From the NCBI GenBank assembly GCA_964353555.1, contig CAYGWM010000002.1, forward strand, positions 34,379 to 98,378: a DNA stretch of 64,000 nucleotides, given 5' to 3'. The stretch's first letter is position 1, and each line of letters starts with the position of its first letter. A program made the position numbers and the translations under genes. The stretch is from an uncultured Spirochaetales bacterium (GTDB lineage Bacteria; Myxococcota_A; UBA9160; PR03). Shown here in pieces: positions 1 to 12,533 of the stretch. A model generated the notes under the pieces. The model was not told where the DNA came from, did not search any database, and saw only the letters and a list, made by a program, of their open reading frames with translations.

Positions 1-180
1 GTGTCGAATTTCCTGCTCTGGCAGATCGCCTATGCCGAGCTGCACGTGACCGACGTGATGTGGCCGGACTTCCGCAAGAGCGATCTTGTCGAAGCGATCT
101 GGGACTACCAGCAGCGCGAGCGCCGCTACGGTCTCATCTCTGCGCAAGTGCAGAGCGGCGACAAGGAGCCCGAGGCTTGA
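1..180 (+). CDS. uppS: Undecaprenyl-diphosphate synthase (cis-prenyltransferase), C-terminal fragment; 5' end outside window
   Basis: Frame +1 from the window edge reads [43 protein letters not shown], the conserved UppS C-terminus. Stop is TGA 178-180. It is not in the ORF track because no start codon lies in the window. Confidence 0.8.
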   Translation: MSNFLLWQIAYAELHVTDVMWPDFRKSDLVEAIWDYQQRERRYGLISAQVQSGDKEPEA

Positions 181-1376
181 AGCGCATCGCGATTCTCGGC
201 AGCACCGGCAGCGTCGGCGAGCAGTCGCTCGAAGTGGCGGCAGCCTTTCCGGAGCGCTTCCAGGTCGTTGCGCTCGCCGCGGGCCGGCGCATCGAGAAGC
301 TGGCCGAGCAGGTGCGGCGCTTCCGCCCGGCGCTCGTTTCCGTCTCAGAAGCGGACGAAGCGCTGGCGCTGAAGCATCAGCTCGGCGCCGACGCGCCGGC
401 AATCGCGTTCGGCGACGCCGGTCTCGCCGAGGTCGCGACCGCCGACGCCGATCTCGTCGTGTCCGCATTGGTCGGTGCGGTGGGGCTCGAGCCGACGCTG
501 GCGGCGATTCGCGCCGGTCGCGACGTCGCGCTCGCGAACAAGGAAGTGATGGTGATGGCGGGCGCGTTGGTGCTGCGCGAGGTGAAGGCGCGCGGCGTGC
601 GCTTGCTGCCCGTCGACAGCGAACACAGCGCGATCTTCCAAGTGCTGGCAGGCCAGCGCCCGCAGGATCTGCTGCGCATCGTGCTCACCGCTTCGGGCGG
701 ACCGTTTCGCACCTGGTCCGCGGAGCGCATCGCGCGCGCGACGATCGACGAGGCGCTCGCGCACCCGAACTGGTCGATGGGTCCGAAGATCACGATCGAC
801 TCGGCGACGCTGATGAACAAGGGTCTCGAAGTGATCGAGGCGCGCTGGCTCTTCGATACGCCGCCCGAACGCATCGACGTCGTCGTGCATCCGCAATCGG
901 TCGTGCACTCGCTGATCGAACTCTGCGACGGCTCGGTGCTCGCGCAGCTCGGTGTTCCAGACATGCGCGTGCCGATCGCGGTGGCGCTTGCCTGGCCCGA
1001 GCGATTGCCGCTGCTGGGCACGGGCAGCGGACTCGCGCGAGAACTGCCGCCGCTCGATCTCACGGTCGCCGCTCGCCTCGATTTCGAGACGCCCGACCGC
1101 AAGCGCTTCCCGTGCCTCGATCTAGCCTACGCCGCGCTGCGTGGCGACGAGGCGGCGCCGGCCGCGCTGAATGCGGCGAACGAAGTGTCGGTGGCGGCGT
1201 TCCTCGCGAAGCAGGTTCCGTTCGCGGCGATCGCAGCGACCAACGCAGCCGTTCTCGAGGCTCACCTCGCGCAGTGCGGCTCGGCTGCGCTGCGCGATCT
1301 CGCTGACGTAGTGGAAGCCGACGCCTGGGCGCGCGAACGCGCCCGTGCGCTGCTCTCCGTGGGGGTCGCTGCATGA
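177..1376 (+). CDS. dxr: 1-deoxy-D-xylulose 5-phosphate reductoisomerase
   Basis: Track ORF 60..1376. Motifs: [19 protein letters not shown] (NADPH site), [39 protein letters not shown]. Start re-set to the in-frame TTG at 177, which overlaps the uppS stop (TTGA). Residues upstream of it are R/S/A-rich and non-homologous. Confidence 0.93.
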   Translation: MKRIAILGSTGSVGEQSLEVAAAFPERFQVVALAAGRRIEKLAEQVRRFRPALVSVSEADEALALKHQLGADAPAIAFGDAGLAEVATADADLVVSALVGAVGLEPTLAAIRAGRDVALANKEVMVMAGALVLREVKARGVRLLPVDSEHSAIFQVLAGQRPQDLLRIVLTASGGPFRTWSAERIARATIDEALAHPNWSMGPKITIDSATLMNKGLEVIEARWLFDTPPERIDVVVHPQSVVHSLIELCDGSVLAQLGVPDMRVPIAVALAWPERLPLLGTGSGLARELPPLDLTVAARLDFETPDRKRFPCLDLAYAALRGDEAAPAALNAANEVSVAAFLAKQVPFAAIAATNAAVLEAHLAQCGSAALRDLADVVEADAWARERARALLSVGVAA

Positions 1377-3100
1377 CCGCTCTGTCCTTCGTGTTCGCGT
1401 TCGTGCTGATGCTGGGCGTGCTGGTGTTCGTACACGAACTCGGCCACTTCCTGGTCGCGAAGCTCTTCGACGTGAAGGTGCTGAAGTTCTCGCTCGGCTT
1501 CGGTCCGGCGATCGGCATCGGGAAGTACCGGCTCGCCTTCACGCGCGGTGAGACCGAATACGTGGTGGCGTGGTTCCCGCTTGGTGGCTTCGTGAAGATG
1601 CTCGGCGAGAATCCGGACGAAGAAGTCCGCGAACTCCGGGACGGCGAAGTGGCAGAAGATCTGCCGCCGCCCGACCCGATCGATCCCTCGGACATTCCGC
1701 GCGCGTTCAACAACAAGCCGGTGTGGCAGCGATTGCTGGTGCTCTTTGCCGGTCCGGCGATGAACCTGCTGTTGCCGGTCGTGATCTTCATCGGTGTGCT
1801 CTCCGTCGGCATGCCGCGTCCCGAACCGGTGATCGGCACGATCGAGCCGGGCTCGCCCGCGGCCAAGGCCGGGCTTTCCGTCGGCGATCGAGTCGTTTCG
1901 GTGCGGGGTGAGCCAGTCCTCTGGTGGGACGCGATCGAGGACGACTTGCGCGCGCGCCCCGGCGAAAGCGTTCCGATCCGCGTCCAGCGCGGCGCGGAGA
2001 CGATCGACGCCGCGCTCGCACTCGAAGATCGAGCCGGCATGGACGCGGTGGGCGCACCCGCGCAGGTCGGCTGGTCGGGGCTCGGTCACTCGCGCCTCGC
2101 GGCGGTCGTCGGTATCCCCACCGCGGATGCGCCGGCGAACCGGACCAATCTGCGCTCGGGCGACCGCGTGGCCGCGGTGGCTGGCGAAGAGGTGGAAGAC
2201 TGGGTCGGCTTTGCGTCGCGCTACGCCGCGGCCGGAAGCAGCGGCGAAGTGGCCGTGCGCGCGCTGCGACTCGAAGACGGTCAGACGGAGCCACAGAAGC
2301 ACGACCTGACGTTGCCTGCGCTCGGCAGTGTCGAGGCGCTCGGGGTGGTACCGGCGACGGTGTTGGTCGCGGGCACGACGCCGGGCTCGCCCGCGGAGCA
2401 GGCGGAAATCCGCGCGGGCGATCTGATCGTCGCCGTCGACGGCGCGCCGGTGGGCTCCTTCGCTGCGTTCTCGGAACTGGTGCGTGCCAGTGGTGGTCGC
2501 GCATTGCAGATCAGCTACGCGCGCGGCGGCGAACGCCGCGAGATCAGCGTAAAGCCTCAAATGCTCGAAGCCGACACCGGCCTCGGGATTCCCGAGGAGC
2601 GCTACCTGATCGGGATCACCGCGCATGCCGCGGCGGTGCAGGGCGCCGTCGGCATCGATCGGGAGACCAACCCATTGGTCTCGGTGCCGCGCGCGATCGG
2701 GATGACCGCCGAGCTGACCAAGACATTCCTGTCGGGCCTCAAGCGACTGGTGTCGGGCGATGTGTCGCGCAAGCAGCTCGCCGGGCCGATCGGCATCGCC
2801 GAGATCGCGCACAACGCGTTCGAGCAGGGCTGGTTCGCGTATCTGACGACGTTGATCCTGATCAGCATCAATCTCGCGGTGCTGAACCTGCTGCCGATTC
2901 CGGTGCTCGACGGCGGTCAGGCGCTGCTGATCGCGATCGAAGGCGTGAAGCGCTCGCCGCTCTCGGTCCGCACGCGCGACGTCGTCCAGCAGATCGGCGT
3001 CACAGTGATGGTGATGCTGATGGGCCTCGCGTTCTGGAACGATCTGTCGCGCCACTGGTCGCGTCTCGTCGACTGGGTTCGGCACAGCGCCGGACTCTGA
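1373..3100 (+). CDS. rseP: RIP zinc metalloprotease RseP (M50 site-2 protease) with PDZ domains
   Basis: HELGHF (HExxH) in the first TM region, central PDZ-like repeats (GSPAAKAGL..GDRV, GSPAEQAEIRAGDLI), and C-terminal NLLPIPVLDGG. ATGA start/stop overlap with dxr. Confidence 0.92.
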   Translation: MTALSFVFAFVLMLGVLVFVHELGHFLVAKLFDVKVLKFSLGFGPAIGIGKYRLAFTRGETEYVVAWFPLGGFVKMLGENPDEEVRELRDGEVAEDLPPPDPIDPSDIPRAFNNKPVWQRLLVLFAGPAMNLLLPVVIFIGVLSVGMPRPEPVIGTIEPGSPAAKAGLSVGDRVVSVRGEPVLWWDAIEDDLRARPGESVPIRVQRGAETIDAALALEDRAGMDAVGAPAQVGWSGLGHSRLAAVVGIPTADAPANRTNLRSGDRVAAVAGEEVEDWVGFASRYAAAGSSGEVAVRALRLEDGQTEPQKHDLTLPALGSVEALGVVPATVLVAGTTPGSPAEQAEIRAGDLIVAVDGAPVGSFAAFSELVRASGGRALQISYARGGERREISVKPQMLEADTGLGIPEERYLIGITAHAAAVQGAVGIDRETNPLVSVPRAIGMTAELTKTFLSGLKRLVSGDVSRKQLAGPIGIAEIAHNAFEQGWFAYLTTLILISINLAVLNLLPIPVLDGGQALLIAIEGVKRSPLSVRTRDVVQQIGVTVMVMLMGLAFWNDLSRHWSRLVDWVRHSAGL

Positions 3101-3103
3101 CGC

Positions 3104-4982
<1,879 letters not shown>

Positions 4983-4995
4983 GAATCGAGCGAAG

Positions 4996-5673
4996 ATGGC
5001 GGAAGACGAGCGAGCGCCGAAGTTCTCCGAGCGACCGACTGCGCCGATCGCGCCGGAGGGCTGGCCCTTCATCGCCGCTGCACTGGCTCTGACCGGCATC
5101 GCGTTCGGGGTGGGCATCTGGTGGCTGACCGCGTTCCTCGGCGCAGTCACGGCCTTCGTGATCACATTCTTCCGCAACCCGTCGCGCGACGTGCCGGGTG
5201 ACGAGAGTACCGTCGTCGCGCCCGCCGACGGCCGCGTGCTCGCGGTCGACGCGACCCTGGACGAACAGGGCCGCAAGGGCCTGCGCATCGCGATCTTCCT
5301 GTCGGTCTTCAACGTCCACGTGAACCGCGCGCCGCTCGCCGGCCGCGTGCTGTCGCTGACGCGCGGTGGCACGCGCTTCCTCGCAGCGTGGGACCCACGC
5401 GGCGAACGCGAGAACGTGCGCCTCGCGATGGAGCTGGAACTCGAGGGTGGGCGCCGCATCGTCGTCACGCAGATCACCGGGCTGATCGCGCGGCGCATCG
5501 TGTGCCACGCGAAGGTCGGCGAGTGGATTCCCCGCGGCGTACGCTACGGACTGATCCGCTTCGGCTCGCGCACCGACGTGCTGCTGCCGCCGGGCAGTGT
5601 CGCGACCGTGAAGCCGGGCGATCGTGTGCGCGGCGGCGCGTCGATCATCGGGCGCCTCGGGGCGGCGCAATGA
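4996..5673 (+). CDS. psd: Phosphatidylserine decarboxylase proenzyme (short, Asd-type)
   Basis: FFRNPSRDVP..VAPADGRV..SVFNVHVNRAP..GLIRFGSRTDVLLP (G-S self-cleavage motif). 225 aa. Confidence 0.88.
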   Translation: MAEDERAPKFSERPTAPIAPEGWPFIAAALALTGIAFGVGIWWLTAFLGAVTAFVITFFRNPSRDVPGDESTVVAPADGRVLAVDATLDEQGRKGLRIAIFLSVFNVHVNRAPLAGRVLSLTRGGTRFLAAWDPRGERENVRLAMELELEGGRRIVVTQITGLIARRIVCHAKVGEWIPRGVRYGLIRFGSRTDVLLPPGSVATVKPGDRVRGGASIIGRLGAAQ

Positions 5674-6509
5674 GCGAGTTCCCCTTCGACCGGAGCGAAT
5701 CGCGCCGCCAACGCCGCCGCCGCCGGCGTCGCAGCGAGCCGCGCCGACGCCGCCGCGGCGTCTACCTGCTGCCGCAGCTCTTCACCACGGCGAATCTGTT
5801 CTTCGGCTTCTTCACGATCGTGAAGGCGCAGGAGGGCAACTTCTTCCTGGCCGCGCTCGGCATCGTCTTCGCCGGCATCTGCGACGGCCTCGATGGGCGC
5901 GTCGCGCGACTCTCGAAGACCACCTCCAAGTTCGGGCTCGAGTACGACTCGCTCGCCGACATCGTGTCGTTCGGTCTCGCGCCCGCGATCCTCGCGTTCC
6001 ACGGCGGCCACCTCGAGGGATTCCGGCGCACCGGCTTCGCGATCGCATTCCTCTTCGTGGCGTGCGCCGCGCTGCGCCTCGCGCGCTTCAATGTGCAGCC
6101 GTCGCGCTACAGCGGTCGCTTCGAGGGACTGCCGAGTCCCGCGGCGGCCGGCATGGTTTCGGCGACTCAACTCTTCATCTTGTTCCTGCGCGACGAGCAG
6201 ATCGATCTGGTCGTGCCCGAGGCGCTCGTCGCGGCGGGCGTCGCCGCGCTGGGCCTGTTGATGGTGAGCGCGATCCCGTACCGCTCCTTCAAGGAAATCG
6301 ACCTGCGACATTCGTATCGCGCGATCGTGCTGATGGTGCTGGTGCTCGCGCTGATCGTGCAGGAGCCGCAGATCTCGATCTTCGTGATCGGCATGCTCTA
6401 CGTGCTCTCGGGACCCGTCGAGTGGGTCTGGCGGATTCTCGCCGGCAATCCGCTCGAGAAAGTGCCGCCGCCTCTTCCGCCGGAGGCGTTGAAGGAGACG
6501 ACGTCATGA
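5670..6509 (+). CDS. pssA: CDP-diacylglycerol--serine O-phosphatidyltransferase
   Basis: CDP-alcohol phosphatidyltransferase motif CDGLDGRVARLSKTTSKFGLEYDSLADIV and multiple TM helices. Start ATG 5670 overlaps the psd stop (ATGA). The track ORF 5388.. has a spurious extension. Confidence 0.9.
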   Translation: MSEFPFDRSESRRQRRRRRRRSEPRRRRRGVYLLPQLFTTANLFFGFFTIVKAQEGNFFLAALGIVFAGICDGLDGRVARLSKTTSKFGLEYDSLADIVSFGLAPAILAFHGGHLEGFRRTGFAIAFLFVACAALRLARFNVQPSRYSGRFEGLPSPAAAGMVSATQLFILFLRDEQIDLVVPEALVAAGVAALGLLMVSAIPYRSFKEIDLRHSYRAIVLMVLVLALIVQEPQISIFVIGMLYVLSGPVEWVWRILAGNPLEKVPPPLPPEALKETTS

Positions 6510-8050
6510 GCGAGCTCGTCCGCATCTTCGACACTACTTTGCGCGACGGCGAACAGTCGCCCGGTTGCAGCATGAATCTCGCCGAGAAGCTCACGCTCGC
6601 GCGCCAACTCGAGCGACTCGGCGTCGACGTGGTCGAAGCCGGCTTCCCGATTGCGAGTGACGGCGACTTCGAGGCCGTGCAAGCGATCGCGCGTGAGGTG
6701 CGCGGCCTCAGCGTCTGCGGCCTGGCTCGCACCGGAAGCGAAGACATCGAGCGCGCGGGCCGGGCGCTCGAAGGCGCCGCCCATCCGCGCATCCATACTT
6801 TCATTGCCACCAGCGACATCCATCTCGAACACAAGCTGCGGATGAGCCGCGCGCGCGTGCTCGAAGAGGTCGATCGCGCGGTGCACCAGGCGCGGCAGTT
6901 CTGCGACGACGTCGAGTTCTCCGCCGAAGACGCCACGCGCTCGGATTGGGCGTACCTGGTGCAGGTCTTCGACGTGGCGCTGCGGGCGGGCGCGCGCACG
7001 CTGAACGTGCCCGACACCGTCGGTTACACGACTCCCGATGAGCTGGCCGCGCTGTTCCGCCACCTGCGCGAACACGTGCCGAACGCCCCGCAGGCGATCC
7101 TGTCGGCGCACTGCCACGACGACCTCGGTCTCGCCGTCGCGAACAGCCTCGCGGCCGTCCGGGCGGGCGCCCGGCAGGTCGAATGCACGATCAACGGCAT
7201 CGGTGAGCGCGCCGGCAACACCGCGATGGAAGAGGTCGTGATGGCGATCCGCACGCGACCGGATGTCTTTGCCGGCATCGAGACGAAGGTGCGCGCCGAG
7301 GAGATCTACGCGTCGAGCCGACTGCTGTCGTCGATCATTGGTGTCGGCGTGCAGCCGAACAAGGCGATCGTCGGAGCCAACGCGTTCGCGCACGAAGCCG
7401 GCATCCACCAGGACGGCGTGCTGAAGGCCGCGATCACCTACGAGATCATGACGCCGCGCTCGATCGGGCGGCCGTCGAACGAACTGGTGCTCGGCAAGCA
7501 CTCCGGCCGCCACGCATTCCGCGACCGCATTGCCGAGTTGGGTTTCGCGCTGGAAGGCGACGATTTCGAGCGCGCGTTCAAGCGCTTCAAGGACCTCGCG
7601 GACAAGAAGAAGAGCATCTTCAACGAGGACCTCGAAGCGATCGTCGCGGACGCCGTGGTGCAGACCGAGGAGCGCTTCCAGTTCCAACAACTGACGGTGC
7701 TCTCGGGATCGTTCCCGATGCCGACCGCGACGGTCGAGCTGACGATCGACGGGGTGCTGCGCAAGACCACAGCCACCGGTGTCGGCCCGGTGGACGCGAT
7801 CTTCAAGGCGGTCGCGGAACTGACGGAGACCAAGAGCGAACTGGTCCGCTATCAGGTCAACGCGATCACGGCCGGCCTCGACGCGCAGGGCGAAGTCGCC
7901 GTGACGCTCTCCGAGGGCAGCCGGCGGGTGATCGGTCACGGCGCGCACTACGACGTGCTGGTGGCGAGCGCGAAGGCGTACATCCACGCGCTGAACAAAC
8001 TCGCGTGGCACATCCGGCGCCACGCAGCGTCCGAGCCGAAAGGGGTCTAG
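6506..8050 (+). CDS. leuA: 2-isopropylmalate synthase
   Basis: [47 protein letters not shown], plus a C-terminal LeuA dimerisation/regulatory domain. ATG 6506 overlaps the pssA stop (ATGA). The track ORF 5624.. is over-extended. Confidence 0.93.
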   Translation: MSELVRIFDTTLRDGEQSPGCSMNLAEKLTLARQLERLGVDVVEAGFPIASDGDFEAVQAIAREVRGLSVCGLARTGSEDIERAGRALEGAAHPRIHTFIATSDIHLEHKLRMSRARVLEEVDRAVHQARQFCDDVEFSAEDATRSDWAYLVQVFDVALRAGARTLNVPDTVGYTTPDELAALFRHLREHVPNAPQAILSAHCHDDLGLAVANSLAAVRAGARQVECTINGIGERAGNTAMEEVVMAIRTRPDVFAGIETKVRAEEIYASSRLLSSIIGVGVQPNKAIVGANAFAHEAGIHQDGVLKAAITYEIMTPRSIGRPSNELVLGKHSGRHAFRDRIAELGFALEGDDFERAFKRFKDLADKKKSIFNEDLEAIVADAVVQTEERFQFQQLTVLSGSFPMPTATVELTIDGVLRKTTATGVGPVDAIFKAVAELTETKSELVRYQVNAITAGLDAQGEVAVTLSEGSRRVIGHGAHYDVLVASAKAYIHALNKLAWHIRRHAASEPKGV

Positions 8051-8051
8051 G

Positions 8052-9137
8052 TTGCAGCAGGCGCGCATCATTGTGTTGGGGGGCGACGGAATCGGCCCCG
8101 AAGTGACGCGCGAAGCGAAGCGCGTGCTCGAAAGGGTCGCGCCGAGGCATGGCATCGCGCTCGAGTTCGAGGATCACCTGATCGGCGGCGCCTCGATCGA
8201 CGTGCACGGCACGCCGCTGCGCGACGAAGTGATCGAGCGCGCGCGCAACAGCCAGGCCGTGCTGCTCGGGGCGGTCGGCGGCACCAGGTGGGACGCGATG
8301 CCGGTCGCCACGCGCCCCGAACGCGGCTTGCTGCGCATCCGCAAGGAACTCGGCCTGTTCGCGAATCTGCGACCCGCGATGGTGTTCCCCGCGCTCGCGC
8401 AGGCGTCGACGCTGCGGCCCGAAGTGGTAACCGGCATCGACATGCTCGTGGTGCGCGAACTCACCGGCGGGCTCTATTTTGGCGAACCGCGCGGGATGAC
8501 GGTCGTGAACGGCATGCGCGAGGCGCGCAACACGATGGTCTATGACGAGAGCGAGATCGCGCGCATCACGCGCGTCGCGTTCCAGGCTGCGCAGCGGCGC
8601 CGCAAGCACGTGACGCATGTCCACAAGGCGAACGTGCTGGAGACGTCGCAGCTCTGGGTGCAAGTGGTGAACGAGATCGCGCCCGAGTTTCCGGACGTGA
8701 CGCTCGCGCACCAGCTGGTCGATTCGTGCGCGATGCTGCTGGTGCGCGATCCCGCCCGCTTCGACGTGATCGTCACCGAGAACCTGTTTGGCGACATCCT
8801 GTCGGACGAGGCCGCGCAGATCACCGGTTCGCTCGGCATGTTGCCGTCCGCGAGCCTCGGAGCCGGCGGTATCGGCCTCTACGAACCGGTGCACGGCTCG
8901 GCGCCCGACATCGCCGGCCAGGACATCGCGAACCCGCTCGCCGCAATTCTGTCGGTGGCGATGCTCTTCGAGCACTCGTTCAGCGCGCTCGGCGCTGCGC
9001 AGCAGGTTCGCGATGCGGTCACGGCGGTGCTCGACGCGGGTCATCGAACCGCAGACCTGCTGCTTCCGGGAGAGCGACGCGAGACGGTCGGTTGCCGCGC
9101 GATGGGCGACCTCGTCGTCGCGAGGCTCGGCGCCTAG
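8052..9137 (+). CDS. leuB: 3-isopropylmalate dehydrogenase
   Basis: RIIVLGGDGIGPEV..LLGAVGG..W..RPE.GLL.IRKELGLFANLRP..ENLFGDILSDEAAQITGSLGMLPSASL..YEPVHGSAPDIAG. Confidence 0.95.
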   Translation: MQQARIIVLGGDGIGPEVTREAKRVLERVAPRHGIALEFEDHLIGGASIDVHGTPLRDEVIERARNSQAVLLGAVGGTRWDAMPVATRPERGLLRIRKELGLFANLRPAMVFPALAQASTLRPEVVTGIDMLVVRELTGGLYFGEPRGMTVVNGMREARNTMVYDESEIARITRVAFQAAQRRRKHVTHVHKANVLETSQLWVQVVNEIAPEFPDVTLAHQLVDSCAMLLVRDPARFDVIVTENLFGDILSDEAAQITGSLGMLPSASLGAGGIGLYEPVHGSAPDIAGQDIANPLAAILSVAMLFEHSFSALGAAQQVRDAVTAVLDAGHRTADLLLPGERRETVGCRAMGDLVVARLGA

Positions 9138-10120
9138 TGCGCGTCGCGGTCGTCGGCGCAACCGGTTCGCTGGGAACCGAGCTGCTCGCGGTGCTCGACG
9201 AATCTCCGCTCGCGGTGCGCGAGCTGGTGCCGATCGCCAGCGAGCGCTCGTTCGGCACCGAAGTGGAGTTCCGCGGCGGCGTCTTCCCGGTGGAGACGGA
9301 ACTCACGGCGCTGCGCGGTTGCGATCTCGCGTTCCTGTGTGCGCCGGCAGAGGTGTCGCTCGAAGCGGTGCGCACGGCTTTGCACGCGCGCGTCGCGTCG
9401 ATCGACTGCTCGGGCGTGCTCGCGACGTCGCCGGAGGTGCCCCTCGTCGGCGAAGTGGGTGTGCCGGGAGCGGTGTCGCTGGGCGTGCCGATGCTGGCGG
9501 TGCCACCGGGCTTGTCGCTCGCCTGCACGCGCGTGCTCGCGCCGCTGGCGCGTGCGTTCGGCATCTCCCGCGCAGTCGCGACGCTGCTGGTCTCGGCGTC
9601 GGCTTCGGGCGCAGGCCGTGTGGCCGTCGCAGCGCTCGCGGAGGAGACGATCGCACTGCTCTCGCAACAGGAACTGGCTGATCCCCCGTCACTCGGACTG
9701 CCGATTGCGTTCGATGTGCTGCCATGGATCGGAAGTACCGAGGGCGACGGCACGACCGCCCACGAACGCGGCTTCGCGTCGGTGCTACGCCGTACGCTCG
9801 GCGACGCATCCATAGCCGTCACATCGGTGCGCATGCCGACCTTCTGCGGCGACGGCGCCGCGCTCGCGATCGAGATGCGCGAGCAGGCGTCGCTGCAGGC
9901 TGTCCTCGACGTGCTCGGCAAGGTCCCAGGCCTCGCGCACGCCGGTATCGGGCCGACCACGCGGGCTGCGGCTGGCAGCGAGCTAGTCCACATCGGGCGC
10001 GTGCGCCGCGACGAATCGCGGCCGGCGGGCGTGCTGCTGTGGCTCGCCGCCGATAGCGTGCGCGTAACGGTCGCCCACGCAGTGCGCGTAGCGGAGGCGC
10101 GCTCAGCAGGGCGCATCTGA
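9137..10120 (+). CDS. Aspartate-semialdehyde dehydrogenase family protein (USG-1-like paralogue)
   Basis: VRVAVVGATGSLGTELLAVL (Rossmann N-terminus) and a semialdehyde dehydrogenase C-terminal domain (SVRMPTFCGDGAALAIEM). It lies directly upstream of truA, as usg does in E. coli. GTG 9137 overlaps the leuB stop. The track ORF 8726.. is over-extended. Confidence 0.75.
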   Translation: MRVAVVGATGSLGTELLAVLDESPLAVRELVPIASERSFGTEVEFRGGVFPVETELTALRGCDLAFLCAPAEVSLEAVRTALHARVASIDCSGVLATSPEVPLVGEVGVPGAVSLGVPMLAVPPGLSLACTRVLAPLARAFGISRAVATLLVSASASGAGRVAVAALAEETIALLSQQELADPPSLGLPIAFDVLPWIGSTEGDGTTAHERGFASVLRRTLGDASIAVTSVRMPTFCGDGAALAIEMREQASLQAVLDVLGKVPGLAHAGIGPTTRAAAGSELVHIGRVRRDESRPAGVLLWLAADSVRVTVAHAVRVAEARSAGRI

Positions 10121-10121
10121 C

Positions 10122-10925
10122 GTGCCCAACTTCCGCTTGCTCGTCGAGTACGACGGCACCGATCTCGAGGGCTGGCAGATCCAGCCGGAGCCGGCGCGGA
10201 CCGTGCAGGGCCTGCTGGTCGCGACGCTCGCGCGCGTCACCGGCGCGACGGCGACGCTGAACGGCGCGGGTCGCACCGACGCCGGCGTGCACGCAGAAGG
10301 GCAGGTCGCGAACACGTCGATCGCGACGCGGCTCGCCCCCGCCGAACTCCAGCGCGCGCTGAACGCGTTGCTTCCCCTCGACGTCGCGGTGCGCGAGGTC
10401 ACCGTGGTACCCGACTGCTTTCACGCGCGTCGCGATGCGCACTCGAAACTCTACGTGTACCGGCTCTGGACGGGCATCGTGCGATCGCCGCTTCGCGAGC
10501 GGAACTCGCTACGGGTACGTGCGCCGCTCGATCTCGATGCGATGCGCGCGGCGGCGCTCGGCCTCGTCGGGACGCACGACTTCTCCTCGTTCCGCGGGGC
10601 AGGCTCGGCGGTGATCGGCAGCATTCGCACGCTCTCGCGCGTCGAGATCCGCGGCGAGCGCGGTGGCGATGTCGCGTTGGAATTCGAGGGGAACGGCTTC
10701 CTGCGCCATATGGTGCGCAATCTGGTCGGGACGCTGCTCGAGGTGGGCCGGGGCCGCCGCGCGCCGGAGTCGATCCCCGCGCTGCTCGCAGCGCGAGACC
10801 GCAACCTGGCCGGCCCCACCGTGCCCGCGCAGGGCCTCACGCTGATCCGCGTTCGATACGATTTCCCACTGGAATCCGCGGGTTTGGCTGCAGAACGGGT
10901 TGACGCCGGAGAGCCACTTGGCTAA
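10122..10925 (+). CDS. truA: tRNA pseudouridine(38-40) synthase TruA
   Basis: [34 protein letters not shown] (catalytic Asp), [24 protein letters not shown]. Confidence 0.93.
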   Translation: MPNFRLLVEYDGTDLEGWQIQPEPARTVQGLLVATLARVTGATATLNGAGRTDAGVHAEGQVANTSIATRLAPAELQRALNALLPLDVAVREVTVVPDCFHARRDAHSKLYVYRLWTGIVRSPLRERNSLRVRAPLDLDAMRAAALGLVGTHDFSSFRGAGSAVIGSIRTLSRVEIRGERGGDVALEFEGNGFLRHMVRNLVGTLLEVGRGRRAPESIPALLAARDRNLAGPTVPAQGLTLIRVRYDFPLESAGLAAERVDAGEPLG

Positions 10926-11035
10926 CGACTGCGGCTCCCCGGGACCGATCTGCTGGTTCTACCGGGCGCCTCGCTCCCGCTCGGCAAACCGACCCGCAAT
11001 CGATTGCCGCGCACAGCACTTCGCAGGAGAAGCAA

Positions 11036-11488
11036 ATGCCCGTCGCCAGGCCGCCGCGGCCGACTCGCAGCATCCGGTCCGGAGATCGGCAGCACTGGTG
11101 GGTGCTGGATGCGGCGGACCAGACGCTCGGCCGGCTCGCCGCGCGGGTTGCGTCGCTGCTTCGCGGCAAGGAAAACATCCTCTTCACACCGCATGCGGAC
11201 GCCGGTGACTTCGTCGTGATCGTCAACGCGGAGCGCGTCCGTCTCACCGGTCGCAAGCGCGAGCAGAAGACCTACTACCGCCACACCGGCTATGTGGGAC
11301 ATTTGAAGTCCCGCACGGCGGACCAGGTCCTCAGCGGCGCGCATCCCGAGCGCGTGATCGAAACGGCCATTCGCGGGATGCTCCCCAAGAACACCCTGGG
11401 CCGGAAGCTCTACCGGAAGCTCAAGGTGTACTCCGGTCCGAATCATCCCCACGCGGCGCAGCAGCCGCAGGAGCTGACGCTTGGCTGA
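11036..11488 (+). CDS. rplM: 50S ribosomal protein L13
   Basis: [40 protein letters not shown].. fits the L13 family. It has a slightly extended basic N-terminus. Confidence 0.93.
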   Translation: MPVARPPRPTRSIRSGDRQHWWVLDAADQTLGRLAARVASLLRGKENILFTPHADAGDFVVIVNAERVRLTGRKREQKTYYRHTGYVGHLKSRTADQVLSGAHPERVIETAIRGMLPKNTLGRKLYRKLKVYSGPNHPHAAQQPQELTLG

Positions 11489-11879
11489 AGCGCTCACGGC
11501 ATCGCCGATCACTGGCAAGCGCAAGACCGCGGTGGCGCGCATCCGGCTCAAGCTCGGCTCGGGCTTGATCGTCGTGAATGGCCGCGCAATCGATGAGTAC
11601 TTCGGTCGCGAGACGCTGCGCATGCTGGTGAGGCAGCCGCTCGACGCCGCGAACGCGACGACCCGCTACGACATCGCCGCGAGCGTGAAGGGCGGCGGAC
11701 CGACGGGCCAGGCCGGCGCGCTCCGACACGGAATCGCCCGCGCGCTGTGCGGACTCGACGAAGGTCTTCGCCCGACGCTGAAGCACGCCGGCTTCTTGAC
11801 GCGCGATGCACGCAAGAAGGAGCGCAAGAAGTACGGACAGCGCGGCGCGCGCGCTCGGTTCCAGTTCTCGAAGCGCTAG
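11481..11879 (+). CDS. rpsI: 30S ribosomal protein S9
   Basis: [69 protein letters not shown] start overlaps the rplM end. Confidence 0.93.
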   Translation: MAEALTASPITGKRKTAVARIRLKLGSGLIVVNGRAIDEYFGRETLRMLVRQPLDAANATTRYDIAASVKGGGPTGQAGALRHGIARALCGLDEGLRPTLKHAGFLTRDARKKERKKYGQRGARARFQFSKR

Positions 11880-11951
11880 ATCACAACGCGCCGACCATCA
11901 ATCTCCATCGTCCCGCGTAGCGAGCCAGCGGCGAGCGGCGACTTCATGTAC

Positions 11952-11984
11952 GGGAGGCCCAACGGCCTCCCGTCGTCGTTTTGG
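11952..11984 (+). terminator. Rho-independent terminator after rplM-rpsI
   Basis: GGGAGGCC (11952-11959), loop CAAC, GGCCTCCC (11964-11971), followed by GTCGTCGTTTTGGGGTTT. This is a perfect 8-bp GC stem with a T-rich tail, about 70 nt after the rpsI stop. Confidence 0.7.
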
Positions 11985-11997
11985 GGTTTGACACGAG

Positions 11998-12519
11998 GTG
12001 GCTCGCGGAGCTATCTCCGACCGGGCATCCCCGACAACACGTATGCTGGAGTGTTCGTTGAGTCGCTACTTCGCGACCGATCCGCACGAAGTGCGCCTCT
12101 CGGTATCGGCCGTGGTCTGGCGTGATGGGCGGCGTCGCGAGCTGCTGCTGATGCAACGAAGCGACAACGCGCACTGGGGTCTCCCTGGGGGATACATGGA
12201 GCCGGGCGAGTCGATCGATGTCGCCACCGCACGCGAGGTGCGTGAGGAAACCGGCGTGCAGGTCGAGGTCGGACGCCTCGTCGGAGTCTACTCGGATCCC
12301 GCGATCCAGGTGATCGAGTATCCCGACGGTCGCCGTGTGCAGGCAGTGAACCTGTGTTTTGAAGCCGTACCCGTCGGCGTGGGCGTCGCCACGACGCCGG
12401 ACGAGGTGCTGGCTACGGGCTACTTTGGCGTCGACGCGCTCCCCGAACCGCTCGTGCCGATCCACCGAGTGCGCATCGCGGACGCCGTCGCCGGGGGCTC
12501 TGCAACGAAGTTGCGTTAG
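11998..12519 (+). CDS. NUDIX hydrolase
   Basis: Nudix box [27 protein letters not shown]. The start is uncertain (GTG 11998 or ATG 12043). Confidence 0.8.
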   Translation: MARGAISDRASPTTRMLECSLSRYFATDPHEVRLSVSAVVWRDGRRRELLLMQRSDNAHWGLPGGYMEPGESIDVATAREVREETGVQVEVGRLVGVYSDPAIQVIEYPDGRRVQAVNLCFEAVPVGVGVATTPDEVLATGYFGVDALPEPLVPIHRVRIADAVAGGSATKLR

Positions 12520-12533
12520 CGAGAGGTGCTTCG

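Noticed and set aside
6398-8155. 585-aa minus-strand ORF over leuA. Similar long ORFs occur at 24405-26519, 26478-28424, 43932-45359, 45443-47353, 56317-58296, 61515-63434, 16795-18012, 20991-22205, 14976-16655 and 36644-38386.
   Set aside because: All are antisense or out of frame relative to genes with strong homology signatures. All have the R/A/G/P/H-biased composition of non-coding frames in GC-rich DNA.
10926-11035. Possible rplM (L13) leader RNA structure upstream of rplM
   Set aside because: Only weak short stems were seen by eye. I cannot match it to a known leader motif without covariance-model search.
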